The translations under genes and the position numbers were made by a program. The notes under the pieces were generated by a model that was not told the DNA's origin, searched no databases, and saw nothing but the letters and a program-made list of their open reading frames with translations. Of a DNA stretch of 37,321 nucleotides, positions 16,309 through 24,502 are shown in pieces (the stretch's first letter is position 1; every line of letters starts with the position of its first letter). Source of the stretch: Patescibacteria group bacterium (GTDB lineage: Bacteria > Patescibacteriota > Minisyncoccia > UBA6257 > 02-FULL-45-10c); assembly GCA_028865335.1 (NCBI GenBank), contig JAGWKK010000003.1, positions 1 through 37,321 on the forward strand, written 5' to 3'.

Positions 16309-17316
16309 TTACTTCATCAGCGGAAGGACTACGTCGAACATCCGTTGGACGTCGGCCTCCTCGCCGGTCATCGTGACCACCTTATGCGGAACATGGGAAG
16401 GCAGGACGAAACGCTTCGCCTCGGCGATCTTCTTCGCCACCTTCTGGGGATCCATTTCTTTGCGGCGCAATAGATTGCGGGCCAGCACCTCGTCCGAAGC
16501 GGGCTTCAGAACGATGAAGGAAATGTCCAGCTCTTCGCGCGCGGCGTAATACGCCATCGCGCCTTCGGGCGTTAACGCGAACATGCCGTTGAACGACTGA
16601 AGCGTCTCCTTCACCGCATCGAGCGATGAGCCATAGGCAACACCGAGATAATCGCTATATTCGAAAAAGGCCTGATGACGAAGTCCGTGATCGAATTGGG
16701 CGCGGCTCACATGATGATAGTAATCTGCGTCTCCCGGATCGCGCATCGGGCGCGTGGTGACATTTCGAATAGGGCGTATCAAAGCGCCGCAATACGACCA
16801 GAGCCTATTCATGCAATAGTTCTTTCCCACCGCGCTCGGACCGACGAAAACAATCAATCGGTGATAGCGCGAGCGGACATCCGCAAACACATCGCCGTAC
16901 TCGGGCAGTAGGCTCAAGCGCGCATATTCAGGATCCCACCTCTCAAAAAAGGCTTTTCCGGAATCATCGTAGCGGAAGATCCGGATGCGGGGATATTTCT
17001 CCCATGTCACCCGATCTCTCACCTCTCCCATGACGCCCTCGGAAATGCCAAGAACTCCGGTACCGCCGGGACACTTCGTTTGAACCCCGAGCCCGAGTTC
17101 CAAGATCACCTCTCTGCCGACATAGCCGTCTTCGATATTCGTCTCCCTGAATTTCCCGTCAGGGCCGCGCTCAAACGCAAACGGATTGATCGGTTCATAA
17201 CCCTTCGATCGTATGAAGTCCTCATAGACGTCGCCAAAACGCTTCATGACGTGAGGATGCGCAACGTACAGGACGCGCGAACCGCCAGTCCGTGGACCGA
17301 GCCAGGAAGGAACCAT
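16309..17316 (-). CDS. Fusion of an NDT-like N-terminal domain and guanylate kinase
   Basis: C-terminal half GPSAVGK, TTRPMR, FFEY...YGS, FIVLKP (guanylate kinase). N-terminal half LYVAHP...GYEPINP...KC...GISEGVMGE matches the nucleoside 2-deoxyribosyltransferase-like pattern. Confidence 0.75.
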   Translation of the reverse strand: MVPSWLGPRTGGSRVLYVAHPHVMKRFGDVYEDFIRSKGYEPINPFAFERGPDGKFRETNIEDGYVGREVILELGLGVQTKCPGGTGVLGISEGVMGEVRDRVTWEKYPRIRIFRYDDSGKAFFERWDPEYARLSLLPEYGDVFADVRSRYHRLIVFVGPSAVGKNYCMNRLWSYCGALIRPIRNVTTRPMRDPGDADYYHHVSRAQFDHGLRHQAFFEYSDYLGVAYGSSLDAVKETLQSFNGMFALTPEGAMAYYAAREELDISFIVLKPASDEVLARNLLRRKEMDPQKVAKKIAEAKRFVLPSHVPHKVVTMTGEEADVQRMFDVVLPLMK

Positions 17317-17397
17317 TCTTTGCTCCGCTGTAAGAGAACTATCTCTAACTTAAAGCACCGCGACTCATTTTGCAAGAAAAAACTGTTCTTCGCCAAA

Positions 17398-17417
17398 CCT
17401 GCCTGCCGGCAGGCAGG
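17398..17417. repeat. 20-bp perfect palindrome CCTGCCTGCCGGCAGGCAGG
   Basis: Second copy (19/20) lies inside mnmA at 22009-22028. Confidence 0.8.
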
Positions 17418-17509
17418 GCTTCGAAAAGTTATTCTCGTACATTGATCTCGTAAATAAAATCGTACACGAGAATAAAAACGGCCCCCTCAAACGCGAGGGG
17501 GCCAGGGAC

Positions 17510-17758
17510 CTACCAGCACCGACGGGCCAGGAATTGCTCCATGGGCACCGTTGCGAGGTCGTAGTGCTTTGTCGTATGCAGATTGACGAACTTCTTCGGC
17601 ACGACAACGACAGTCGTCCGCGGCGCGACCAGAGAGATCGGCTGCTTCATCCGGTCCGCGAGATCGCGCTTGGCGCTCATCGGATCCGGAAAGTCCATCA
17701 CTGCGTGAAAGACCTTCCCTCCTTCCGGCTCAACGAATCTGAGGTAGTAGCTGGGCAT
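17510..17758 (-). CDS. Small hypothetical protein
   Basis: 82 aa from MPSYYLRF; GGAG SD; promoter TTGACA-N17-TATTAT at 17816-17844; terminator near 17475-17505. Confidence 0.65.
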   Translation of the reverse strand: MPSYYLRFVEPEGGKVFHAVMDFPDPMSAKRDLADRMKQPISLVAPRTTVVVVPKKFVNLHTTKHYDLATVPMEQFLARRCW

Positions 17759-17859
17759 TGCTTGCTCCGTGGTGGGATGCGGGGTGACCTTCGGTTCTGA
17801 AGAACTACAGATAACATAATACACTATTCGTAATCATCTGTCAATATGATCTGGGCAAA

Positions 17860-18049
17860 GAAAAATCCCGCTCAACCGTTTCCTGAGAAATCAGGCGGGT
17901 CAGCTCATCATGGCGCCACGGCGCTATGAAATTCGCCATCCCTAATAAAACGATTTGTAGGAAAATGAGCGGGATCTCTATGATCCCCCACATAAATTGA
18001 ACCCTTCTTACACTTCTGTTTTTTACCGTTCAACTTATGTGGGGGATCA
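17860..18049 (-). ncRNA. Candidate two-hairpin non-coding RNA
   Basis: TGnTATACT at 18055-18063; 22-bp stem 17981-18002 / 18028-18049; second long stem closed by ATCCCGCTCA/TGAGCGGGAT and followed by a U-tract. Confidence 0.5.
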
Positions 18050-18158
18050 CTTTCAGTATAGCATATCCACTTTTCCGCAGCACGATGATGGTCGAATAAA
18101 TTGACAACCACTCCTTCAAAACGCTACACTCTGAGCAGAACTTCATACCGGAGCAATA

Positions 18159-18572
18159 ATGAAAAAGAAGGACGAGGAAAAGAGCAAGAAAGATCCGCGA
18201 GTCGACTGCGAAATGTGCGCATGGATGTACAGCGATGAGGAATCTTCGCCGAAGCCGATTCTGGGATCGAAGAGGGTCCTCGCATTTCCGGGTAGCATGC
18301 ACGGAGGCCGGATGGAAAGTATCCTCCTGGTTCCCAAAAAGCATTTCGAGTCGGCGGAGAAGCTCTCCGGCTCGCCTGAATACGTGCAGGAAATCCACGT
18401 TCTGCGCCTGCGCCTGGCAAGACTTCCCGGCCTGCAGCGGAAAGTCCGCGTGGCACACCTGGTCTGGAACAATCCTTGTCGCTATCCCCGATCCGCACCC
18501 ATGCTGAAGAACCATGCCCACGCCGAACTCATCCTTGAGCGAAAGAGTTCCTATTCCTCCAACCGCAGATAG
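18159..18572 (+). CDS. HIT-family nucleotide-binding protein, variant triad
   Basis: DCEMC, LLVPKKH, and HAHAELI in place of HxHxHxx; TTGACA-N18-TACACT promoter and GGAG SD. Confidence 0.7.
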   Translation: MKKKDEEKSKKDPRVDCEMCAWMYSDEESSPKPILGSKRVLAFPGSMHGGRMESILLVPKKHFESAEKLSGSPEYVQEIHVLRLRLARLPGLQRKVRVAHLVWNNPCRYPRSAPMLKNHAHAELILERKSSYSSNRR

Positions 18573-18600
18573 ACGCAAAAGCTCCGACACGATCGGAGCT

Positions 18601-19212
18601 TTATGATTTTACCGGAAGGCCGTACAGCTTTTTATATACCTCGTATGCCAGTTTGGCGCCGTTCACCGCCCGGTGCGGATGCTCTTCGCCATGCAGTCCA
18701 AGAAACTCGGCGACCCGGCTCAGGCCGATTTTTTCCAGCGAGTATCCTTTCGCTTCAGCGATCGCCTTGGCGATGCTGAGCAGATCCAACCGGTGATAAT
18801 CAAGCAGCGACTGGATGCCGGTCATCGCGTACGCCGCATCCAGAAACGCGCCGTCAAAAGTCACGTTATGCGCGATAAGCACCGCGCCCGCCGCCTTGTG
18901 ATTGAACAGCGTCAACGCGTCGTACAAACTCTTCGCATCACGCCATTCTTTCTCGTCATAGCCGTTCACTGCAAGCGCTTTCGGATCCGCCAGAGCCATG
19001 CGGTCGGGACGAACCTTGATGTCCAGCGTATCCAGGATGTCCAGCGTATGCGGATCTGCGAGTACCAGGCCGATTTCACAGATCTCATGCCACGGCTGAA
19101 ACGTACCGCTCGCGTAGTGCGTCGGCTGCAGGCCGGTCATTTCCAGGTCGGTAAATGCAAGCGGCCGATCCAGAAATTTCATCGGCTCGCCGGAAGGAAT
19201 CTGCGTATCCAT
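18601..19212 (-). CDS. DEDDh-family 3'-5' exonuclease
   Basis: FTDLEMTGL, AHNVTFD and HRAVNG (the last Asp appears replaced by Gly). Confidence 0.85.
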   Translation of the reverse strand: MDTQIPSGEPMKFLDRPLAFTDLEMTGLQPTHYASGTFQPWHEICEIGLVLADPHTLDILDTLDIKVRPDRMALADPKALAVNGYDEKEWRDAKSLYDALTLFNHKAAGAVLIAHNVTFDGAFLDAAYAMTGIQSLLDYHRLDLLSIAKAIAEAKGYSLEKIGLSRVAEFLGLHGEEHPHRAVNGAKLAYEVYKKLYGLPVKS

Positions 19213-19217
19213 GGTAT

Positions 19218-19739
19218 CTATTCCAGGATGCTGTCCAGGTTTACGTCGTAGAGAATCTGCTCGCGGACGCTCTTGTAGTCCACCAGTTCCTTCTTATCGA
19301 ACCAGATCTTCGTTTCCGCTTCGGCGTCTTCGATGCTGGAAGAGGCGTGCACGAGATTGCGGACCGCGCGGCCGTCCTTGTCGGCCAGGTCGTAGGAATC
19401 CAGCGTGAAATCACCGCGGATCGTCCCCGGTGCGGACTGCAACGGCTCGGTCGAGCCGACCAGCTTGCGCACCACCGGAATCGCCTTGTTCCCCTCCAGC
19501 ACCATCGCCACCACCGGACTCGCCGAAAGGAAAGCGACCAGATGCTGCAGAATTTTTTCCGGCAGATTCGGGTTGGTCTTGTAATGCGTATACGCCTGGT
19601 CCTTCGTCGGAAGCACGAGCTTCATCGCGACGATCTTCAATCCCGCGTTCTCAAACCGGCTGATGATCTCCCCCGCCAGATTCCGCTGCACCGCGTCCGG
19701 CTTCAATAATACTAATGTCCGTTCTTTGGTATTTGCCAT
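19218..19739 (-). CDS. ndk: Nucleoside-diphosphate kinase
   Basis: ERTLVLLKPDAVQR, APGTIRGDF, RNLVHAS. Confidence 0.96.
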   Translation of the reverse strand: MANTKERTLVLLKPDAVQRNLAGEIISRFENAGLKIVAMKLVLPTKDQAYTHYKTNPNLPEKILQHLVAFLSASPVVAMVLEGNKAIPVVRKLVGSTEPLQSAPGTIRGDFTLDSYDLADKDGRAVRNLVHASSSIEDAEAETKIWFDKKELVDYKSVREQILYDVNLDSILE

Positions 19740-19740
19740 A

Positions 19741-19775
19741 TGGATAGCGTATAGCTAATAGCAGATAGCTTATAG
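19741..19775. repeat. Degenerate 7-bp tandem repeat in the ndk leader
   Basis: TGGATAG CGTATAG CTAATAG CAGATAG CTTATAG. Confidence 0.7.
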
Positions 19776-19854
19776 TGAATAATAATGTGTATTGAGTTAT
19801 TTATACTACACAATCTCAAATAAAAAAAGCCCCCGACCCCGCCGGGGTATTTCT

Positions 19855-21249
19855 TTATTTCTTCTTTTTGAATTCAATGCCCAGTTCTTTCAGCTGATCC
19901 GCGCTCACATCGCTCGGCGCCTCCATCATAAGGTCGCGGCCGTCGCCGGTTTTCGGAAACGCCATGACTTCGCGGATGTTCGGCTCGTTCTGCAGAATCA
20001 TGATCAGCCGATCCACGCCCGGCGCGATGCCGCCATGCGGCGGAGCGCCGCTGCCCAGCGCCTCCAGCATGTGTCCGAAGTTCCGGTAGATGCGTTCTTC
20101 CGCAAAGCCCATGATCTCGAACACCCGCTTCAGCGCCTCCGGCTGATGGTTACGGATGCTGCCGCCGCCAACTTCAAAACCGTTCAGCACGATATCGTAC
20201 TGCGTCGTCAGAATCTCGCCGATATTCTTCTTCTCCATCAGCCACTCGCGATGCTCCGGTTTCGGCGACGAGAAAGGATTGTGCGTGAAGGTCCATCCGG
20301 CGTTGTCCGTCTTTTCAAAAAACGGAAAATCAACCACCCAGCAGAATGCGAGCAGGTCCGGATCGTCTTTGTTTTCGCGGATGTCCGGCCGGTCATTGCC
20401 GTATTTCTCCATCGCATCCTTGTAGGTGATGCGCGGAAACGGGATCTGCTGGATCTTCTTGTGCGGATAGAGCGTCTTCACCATATCGATCAGCATCTCC
20501 TCCACGACGCCCATGACATCATTCTCGTCCACGAAACTCATTTCCATATCGAGCTGGGTGAATTCCGGCTGACGGTCGCCGCGTGTATCTTCATCGCGGA
20601 AACAGCGTGCCACCTGGAAATACCGCTCCATGCCCGCGGCCATCAGCAGCTGCTTGTACTGCTGCGGCGACTGCGGGAGCGCGTAGAACTTGCCCGGATA
20701 CAAACGGGACGGTACGAGATAGTCGCGGGCGCCTTCCGGCGTGGACTTGCTCAGCACCGGCGTCTCCACTTCGATGAATTCCTTGCCGCGCAGGAAATCA
20801 CGCATATGCGCGATGACCTTGTCACGGTTGCGGATATTGTTCTGCATCCGTTCGCGGCGCAGATCGACATAGCGGTACTTCATGCGGATCTCCTCGCCCA
20901 CTTCCTTGCCGTCGGTGCTGAGATCGAACGGGGGCGTCGTCGCTTCATTCAGAATCTCCAGCCCTTCAGCGAGCACTTCAAAAGCGCCGGTCGCGAGGTT
21001 CGGGTTCACCAGCTTTTCCGGACGCGCGTTCACCTGGCCGGTGATTTTCACCACCCATTCGGAGCGCAGTTTGCTCGCCTTTTCGTAGAGTTCTTTGTCC
21101 TTGCCGATAAAGACGACCTGGCAGATGCCGCTCCGGTCGCGGAGGTCGATGAAAATAAGCTTGCCGTGATCGCGGCGGACCGCAACCCAGCCGAACAGCT
21201 CGACTTTCTCGCCTGACTTCTTGGTGATGTCTGCAATAAGCGTCCTCAT
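19855..21249 (-). CDS. aspS: Aspartate--tRNA ligase, short form lacking the GAD insert
   Basis: RRDHG...FIDLRDRSG, TPEGARDYLVP, LPQSPQQYKQ, CFRDED, GAPPHGGIAPGVDR; 464 aa. Confidence 0.96.
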   Translation of the reverse strand: MRTLIADITKKSGEKVELFGWVAVRRDHGKLIFIDLRDRSGICQVVFIGKDKELYEKASKLRSEWVVKITGQVNARPEKLVNPNLATGAFEVLAEGLEILNEATTPPFDLSTDGKEVGEEIRMKYRYVDLRRERMQNNIRNRDKVIAHMRDFLRGKEFIEVETPVLSKSTPEGARDYLVPSRLYPGKFYALPQSPQQYKQLLMAAGMERYFQVARCFRDEDTRGDRQPEFTQLDMEMSFVDENDVMGVVEEMLIDMVKTLYPHKKIQQIPFPRITYKDAMEKYGNDRPDIRENKDDPDLLAFCWVVDFPFFEKTDNAGWTFTHNPFSSPKPEHREWLMEKKNIGEILTTQYDIVLNGFEVGGGSIRNHQPEALKRVFEIMGFAEERIYRNFGHMLEALGSGAPPHGGIAPGVDRLIMILQNEPNIREVMAFPKTGDGRDLMMEAPSDVSADQLKELGIEFKKKK

Positions 21250-21319
21250 AAAATTACTTCCCTAATATACACTGTTTTCAGGAAAAGAAAAAGCTCCCGT
21301 TTCGAGAGCTGAAAAATCC

Positions 21320-21475
21320 TTACTTTTTGGAAGTGATGACGACGCCGAGAGTCGCAATCAAAGCCATAACCGCAACGCAGCAAACCGCATTGCCATCGCC
21401 GCCAGGATTCGCATACGCAGTCAGCGCCACCGCGCCCCAGATCGCCACTACCGCAATTCCTGATCCGATCGTCAT
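21320..21475 (-). CDS. Small two-TM membrane protein
   Basis: 51 aa from MTIGSGIAVVAIWG; GGAGG SD; hairpin downstream. Confidence 0.6.
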   Translation of the reverse strand: MTIGSGIAVVAIWGAVALTAYANPGGDGNAVCCVAVMALIATLGVVITSKK

Positions 21476-21584
21476 TGTCGCCTCCGATTCGCCATGTCTT
21501 TGAACCTCTCTCAGGTTAAACAAACAAATACTGTTAGTCAAGAAAAAAGCCCCTGCCGGTTTCCCGGCAGGGGCATGATGAAGG

Positions 21585-21887
21585 TCACATCTCGTGGATC
21601 CGCTTCTTGAGCTCGTCGAACCCCTGGTTGCGCTGCTGCACCCGCTCGCAGAGATCAGCCACAACCTCCTCCCGCTCGCGCGCCCATTCCTTCTCGATAT
21701 CCTCCCGGATCTTCTGACGCTGCTTCGCGGTGACCTCGTCCGCTTCCTGGAGCATCTTCTGATACTGACGCGCTTCCCTGATCGTGATGTCGAGAGCTTC
21801 CGCGACATAGAAAGGGCTCTTCCCTTTACTGAGAAGGGTGAACGCGTGGTCCTGCACGTTATGTCTTATCCACGGCCGTTTCCGCAT
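21585..21887 (-). CDS. Small HTH plus coiled-coil protein
   Basis: LLSKGKSPFYVAEALDITIREARQY resembles an HTH; GGAGG SD; terminator at about 21543-21574. Confidence 0.65.
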   Translation of the reverse strand: MRKRPWIRHNVQDHAFTLLSKGKSPFYVAEALDITIREARQYQKMLQEADEVTAKQRQKIREDIEKEWAREREEVVADLCERVQQRNQGFDELKKRIHEM

Positions 21888-21982
21888 GATTCCTCCCCCG
21901 ATCCGAAATTCCAAGGTACTTGTACTTGGAAATACTATACCACGATATTATATAATTTGCAACACCCACTTAAAAGACCGGA

Positions 21983-23269
21983 TTACACGATCACGCCGCC
22001 GCCAAGCACCTGCCTGCCGGCAGGCGGGTTTGTCCGTTCGGCCGAATAGAATACCGCCGACTGGCCTACCGCCACGAACTTCTGCGGTTTATCAAATACC
22101 AGACGATATGCTACAGATGATCCATCGCTTCGCTTGTTCAATCGCCGCGCTTGTTCCTTTTTATGCTGTCCATCATTTTGAAAAGTGATTAGCGTCGCCT
22201 TGAAAAGCGGTTGCCGATATCTGACCCTCGCAAGCACTGGTATTCGCCTATTCGCGCGAATTAGAGAAGGTAACGGACTGATGAAATTGACATCGGTCAG
22301 CGCGACTTCGGAACGCGCCAATGCCGGATCGCCATCCTCAGCGACCAGCAGCGCATTCTCCTTCACGTCCTTTTCCGCGATATAGTACGGTTTCGGATTT
22401 CCGCCGATACCGAGTCCGCCGCGCTGGCCGATCGTATAGAACGAAACCCCCTGATGTTCCCCGACGATTTTCCCCGCCGTATTCACCACGATTCCCTTCT
22501 TCTCCGGAATATACGCGCTCAGAAAATCCTTCAGCGACACCTGGCCGAGGAAACAGATCCCCTGCGAGTCCTTCTTCTCCGCGTTCGGCAAGCCGAATTT
22601 CTTCGCGAGTTTCCGCACTTCCGGCTTCGGATAGTCGCCGATCGGAAACAGGCAATGCTTCAACTGCTTCTGCGTCAGCGTCCAGAGGAAATAGGATTGG
22701 TCCTTATTCGTATCGCGCGCGATACGAAGTTCAAATGTTGTATCACTTCGCGTGTTCGATCGTTTCGGGCGTTCTAATTGTTCTATCGCTCTGCTTGTTC
22801 CAGTTGTTCTACCGCTCGCCCTCGCTTGCTTGCCTTTAACATCTGGAACGGCTAGAACATCTCCATCATTTAGAACGCTCTCCGTCCGCCGAAGGCGGAC
22901 ATAATGTCCCGTCGCCACATAATCGGCTCCGAGCGCAAGCGCCTTTTCCAGGAACAGCCCGAATTTGATCTCCTTATTGCACATCACGTCCGGATTCGGC
23001 GTGATGCCGTTCCGGTACCCCTCCACCATATACGCGACCACCCGGTCCTTGTATTCCTGTTCCATATCAAAAACGTAGAACGGCACTCCGAGTGTTTCCG
23101 CTGCCCGGCGCGCATCCTCCGCATCCTGCTCGGCACAGCCGTCGACGTTGTAACATTTCAGATGAACGCCGACCACATCAAAACCCCGCTGCTTCAGCAG
23201 CGCCGCCGCGACCGACGAATCAACTCCGCCGGACATGCCCACAAATACTTTTCCGCGTCCTTTTTTCAT
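21983..23269 (-). CDS. mnmA: tRNA-specific 2-thiouridylase with several in-frame insertions
   Basis: MSGGVDSS, TPNPDVMCN, ATGHY, KDQSYFL, KKDSQGICF, YTIGQR, RVRYRQ, GQSAVFY, LGGGVI. Confidence 0.96.
   Translation of the reverse strand: MKKGRGKVFVGMSGGVDSSVAAALLKQRGFDVVGVHLKCYNVDGCAEQDAEDARRAAETLGVPFYVFDMEQEYKDRVVAYMVEGYRNGITPNPDVMCNKEIKFGLFLEKALALGADYVATGHYVRLRRTESVLNDGDVLAVPDVKGKQARASGRTTGTSRAIEQLERPKRSNTRSDTTFELRIARDTNKDQSYFLWTLTQKQLKHCLFPIGDYPKPEVRKLAKKFGLPNAEKKDSQGICFLGQVSLKDFLSAYIPEKKGIVVNTAGKIVGEHQGVSFYTIGQRGGLGIGGNPKPYYIAEKDVKENALLVAEDGDPALARSEVALTDVNFISPLPSLIRANRRIPVLARVRYRQPLFKATLITFQNDGQHKKEQARRLNKRSDGSSVAYRLVFDKPQKFVAVGQSAVFYSAERTNPPAGRQVLGGGVIV
22009..22028. repeat. In-frame copy of the CCTGCCTGCCGGCAGGC palindrome in mnmA
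   Basis: Encodes PPAGRQV; matches 17398-17417. Confidence 0.75.
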
Positions 23270-23338
23270 AACCTCAATACTGTACAATTTTAATTTTGAA
23301 TTGGCAACTGAAGCAAGTAAAAACGGCCTGAGGCCGTT

Positions 23339-23767
23339 TTAAAGATCGTTCTTTCCGCAGTCCCGACAAGAGGTCGTGGAAACCTCTTCCGTCCAGACGG
23401 CATAATTGCAGTCGCTTTTCGAGACAAGCGCTTTCCGCCTTTTCACATTCTTATGACCGCATTTTCTCCGGAGTTCCGCGAGCTCGCTTTGGAGATCCTC
23501 AATCGGGATCAGCCGCTGATTATCGGAGATTTTGCCCGCCAAGATCAGCTCCGCCATCCTGATGTCCAACAGTCGGAATGCTCTGAGAAACTCAACTTGA
23601 TCGGAACCGATCGCGTTGGAATATTTCGAGCGGAGGCGCATCTTTTCCATCTCGATCGCTTCGCGTTTCCGCCGATGCTCTTTCCTCGATTCTTCATCCG
23701 CTTTTCTCAGTTTCGCGACTTCCCTTTCCAGAAACCGGCACCTCCGGACTTCCTTCAGCGTAAGCAT
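23339..23767 (-). CDS. Coiled-coil protein with a C-terminal Cys/His motif
   Basis: Charged helical N-terminus then CGH...CRDCG; GAGGAG SD; terminator AAAACGGCC-TGA-GGCCGTTTT. Confidence 0.65.
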   Translation of the reverse strand: MLTLKEVRRCRFLEREVAKLRKADEESRKEHRRKREAIEMEKMRLRSKYSNAIGSDQVEFLRAFRLLDIRMAELILAGKISDNQRLIPIEDLQSELAELRRKCGHKNVKRRKALVSKSDCNYAVWTEEVSTTSCRDCGKNDL

Positions 23768-23861
23768 TTCCCGCTCCTCTCAAGAGTTCAAATAACCACT
23801 TCTATGCTATCAGAAACAAAACGGTATTGCAAAACTGGAAAAAATAGGTATACTAAAGTAC

Positions 23862-24437
23862 ATGTTAAGCTATAACGAATTAAAAATCGGTACGATGTTC
23901 GAGTTCGAGGGAACGCCGTACGAAGTGCTTGAGTACGAATTCCTCCGGATGCAGCAGCGTAAGCCGGTGGCGAAGACCCGTATCAAGAACCTCCTGACCG
24001 GGCAGGTGACGGAACGCAACTTCCACCAGAACGAAGCGCTGACGGAAATCGAAGTGGAGAAAGTCCCCGTCATCTTCCTGTACTCGCACCGCGGCGAGCA
24101 TTGGTTCTGCGAAAAAGGGAAACCTGCGAACCGGTTCAAGGTGGAGGAAAGCAAAATCGGAAACGCGATCAACTTCCTGAAACAGAATACCGAAGTGACC
24201 GCCGTGAAGCTGGAGGATGGACGGATCATCGCGGTTCAGACGCCGATCAAGGCAGATCTGACGGTCAAAGAAACGCCGCCGGGCGAACGCGGGAACACCG
24301 CGCAGGGCGGAACGAAGGCCGCGACGCTGGAAACCGGCGCCGTCGTTCAGGTTCCCCTCTTCGTCAATAACGGCGACATCGTCCGCGTCAACACCGATAC
24401 CGGCATGTACGTGGAACGGATGGAGAAAGCGAAGTAG
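23862..24437 (+). CDS. efp: Elongation factor P
   Basis: TPPGERGNTA, KAATLETG, VPLFV, RVNTDTGMYVER; loop RMQQR; TATACT 7 nt before the ATG. Confidence 0.93.
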   Translation: MLSYNELKIGTMFEFEGTPYEVLEYEFLRMQQRKPVAKTRIKNLLTGQVTERNFHQNEALTEIEVEKVPVIFLYSHRGEHWFCEKGKPANRFKVEESKIGNAINFLKQNTEVTAVKLEDGRIIAVQTPIKADLTVKETPPGERGNTAQGGTKAATLETGAVVQVPLFVNNGDIVRVNTDTGMYVERMEKAK

Positions 24438-24461
24438 CCGCTCATCTCCGGATATGTAATG

Positions 24462-24492
24462 AAAACACCCCGCACATCAGCGGGGTGTTTTT
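24462..24492. terminator. Bidirectional terminator between convergent genes
   Basis: AAAACACCCCGC-ACATCA-GCGGGGTGTTTT. Confidence 0.8.
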
Positions 24493-24502
24493 CAGAATCA
24501 TC

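Noticed and set aside
19792-21216. Long antisense ORFs, including 19792..21216, 24485..26161, 11703..12812, 26528..27643, 27708..28853 and 35149..36213
   Set aside because: They are shadows of well-supported genes on the opposite strand, expected with GC-rich codon usage, and have no motifs.
6323-21249. Short AlaRS and AspRS as pseudogenes or novelties
   Set aside because: All catalytic motifs are intact, and compact forms lacking C-Ala or GAD domains are known in reduced genomes.
21320-21808. 162-aa ORF overlapping 21585..21914
   Set aside because: It runs through a terminator; only the last 51 codons have an SD and membrane-protein character.
22729-22877. Intein or intron in mnmA
   Set aside because: Only about 50 codons, with no Cys/Ser start or His-Asn end and no group I/II intron core; a repeat-derived insertion fits better.
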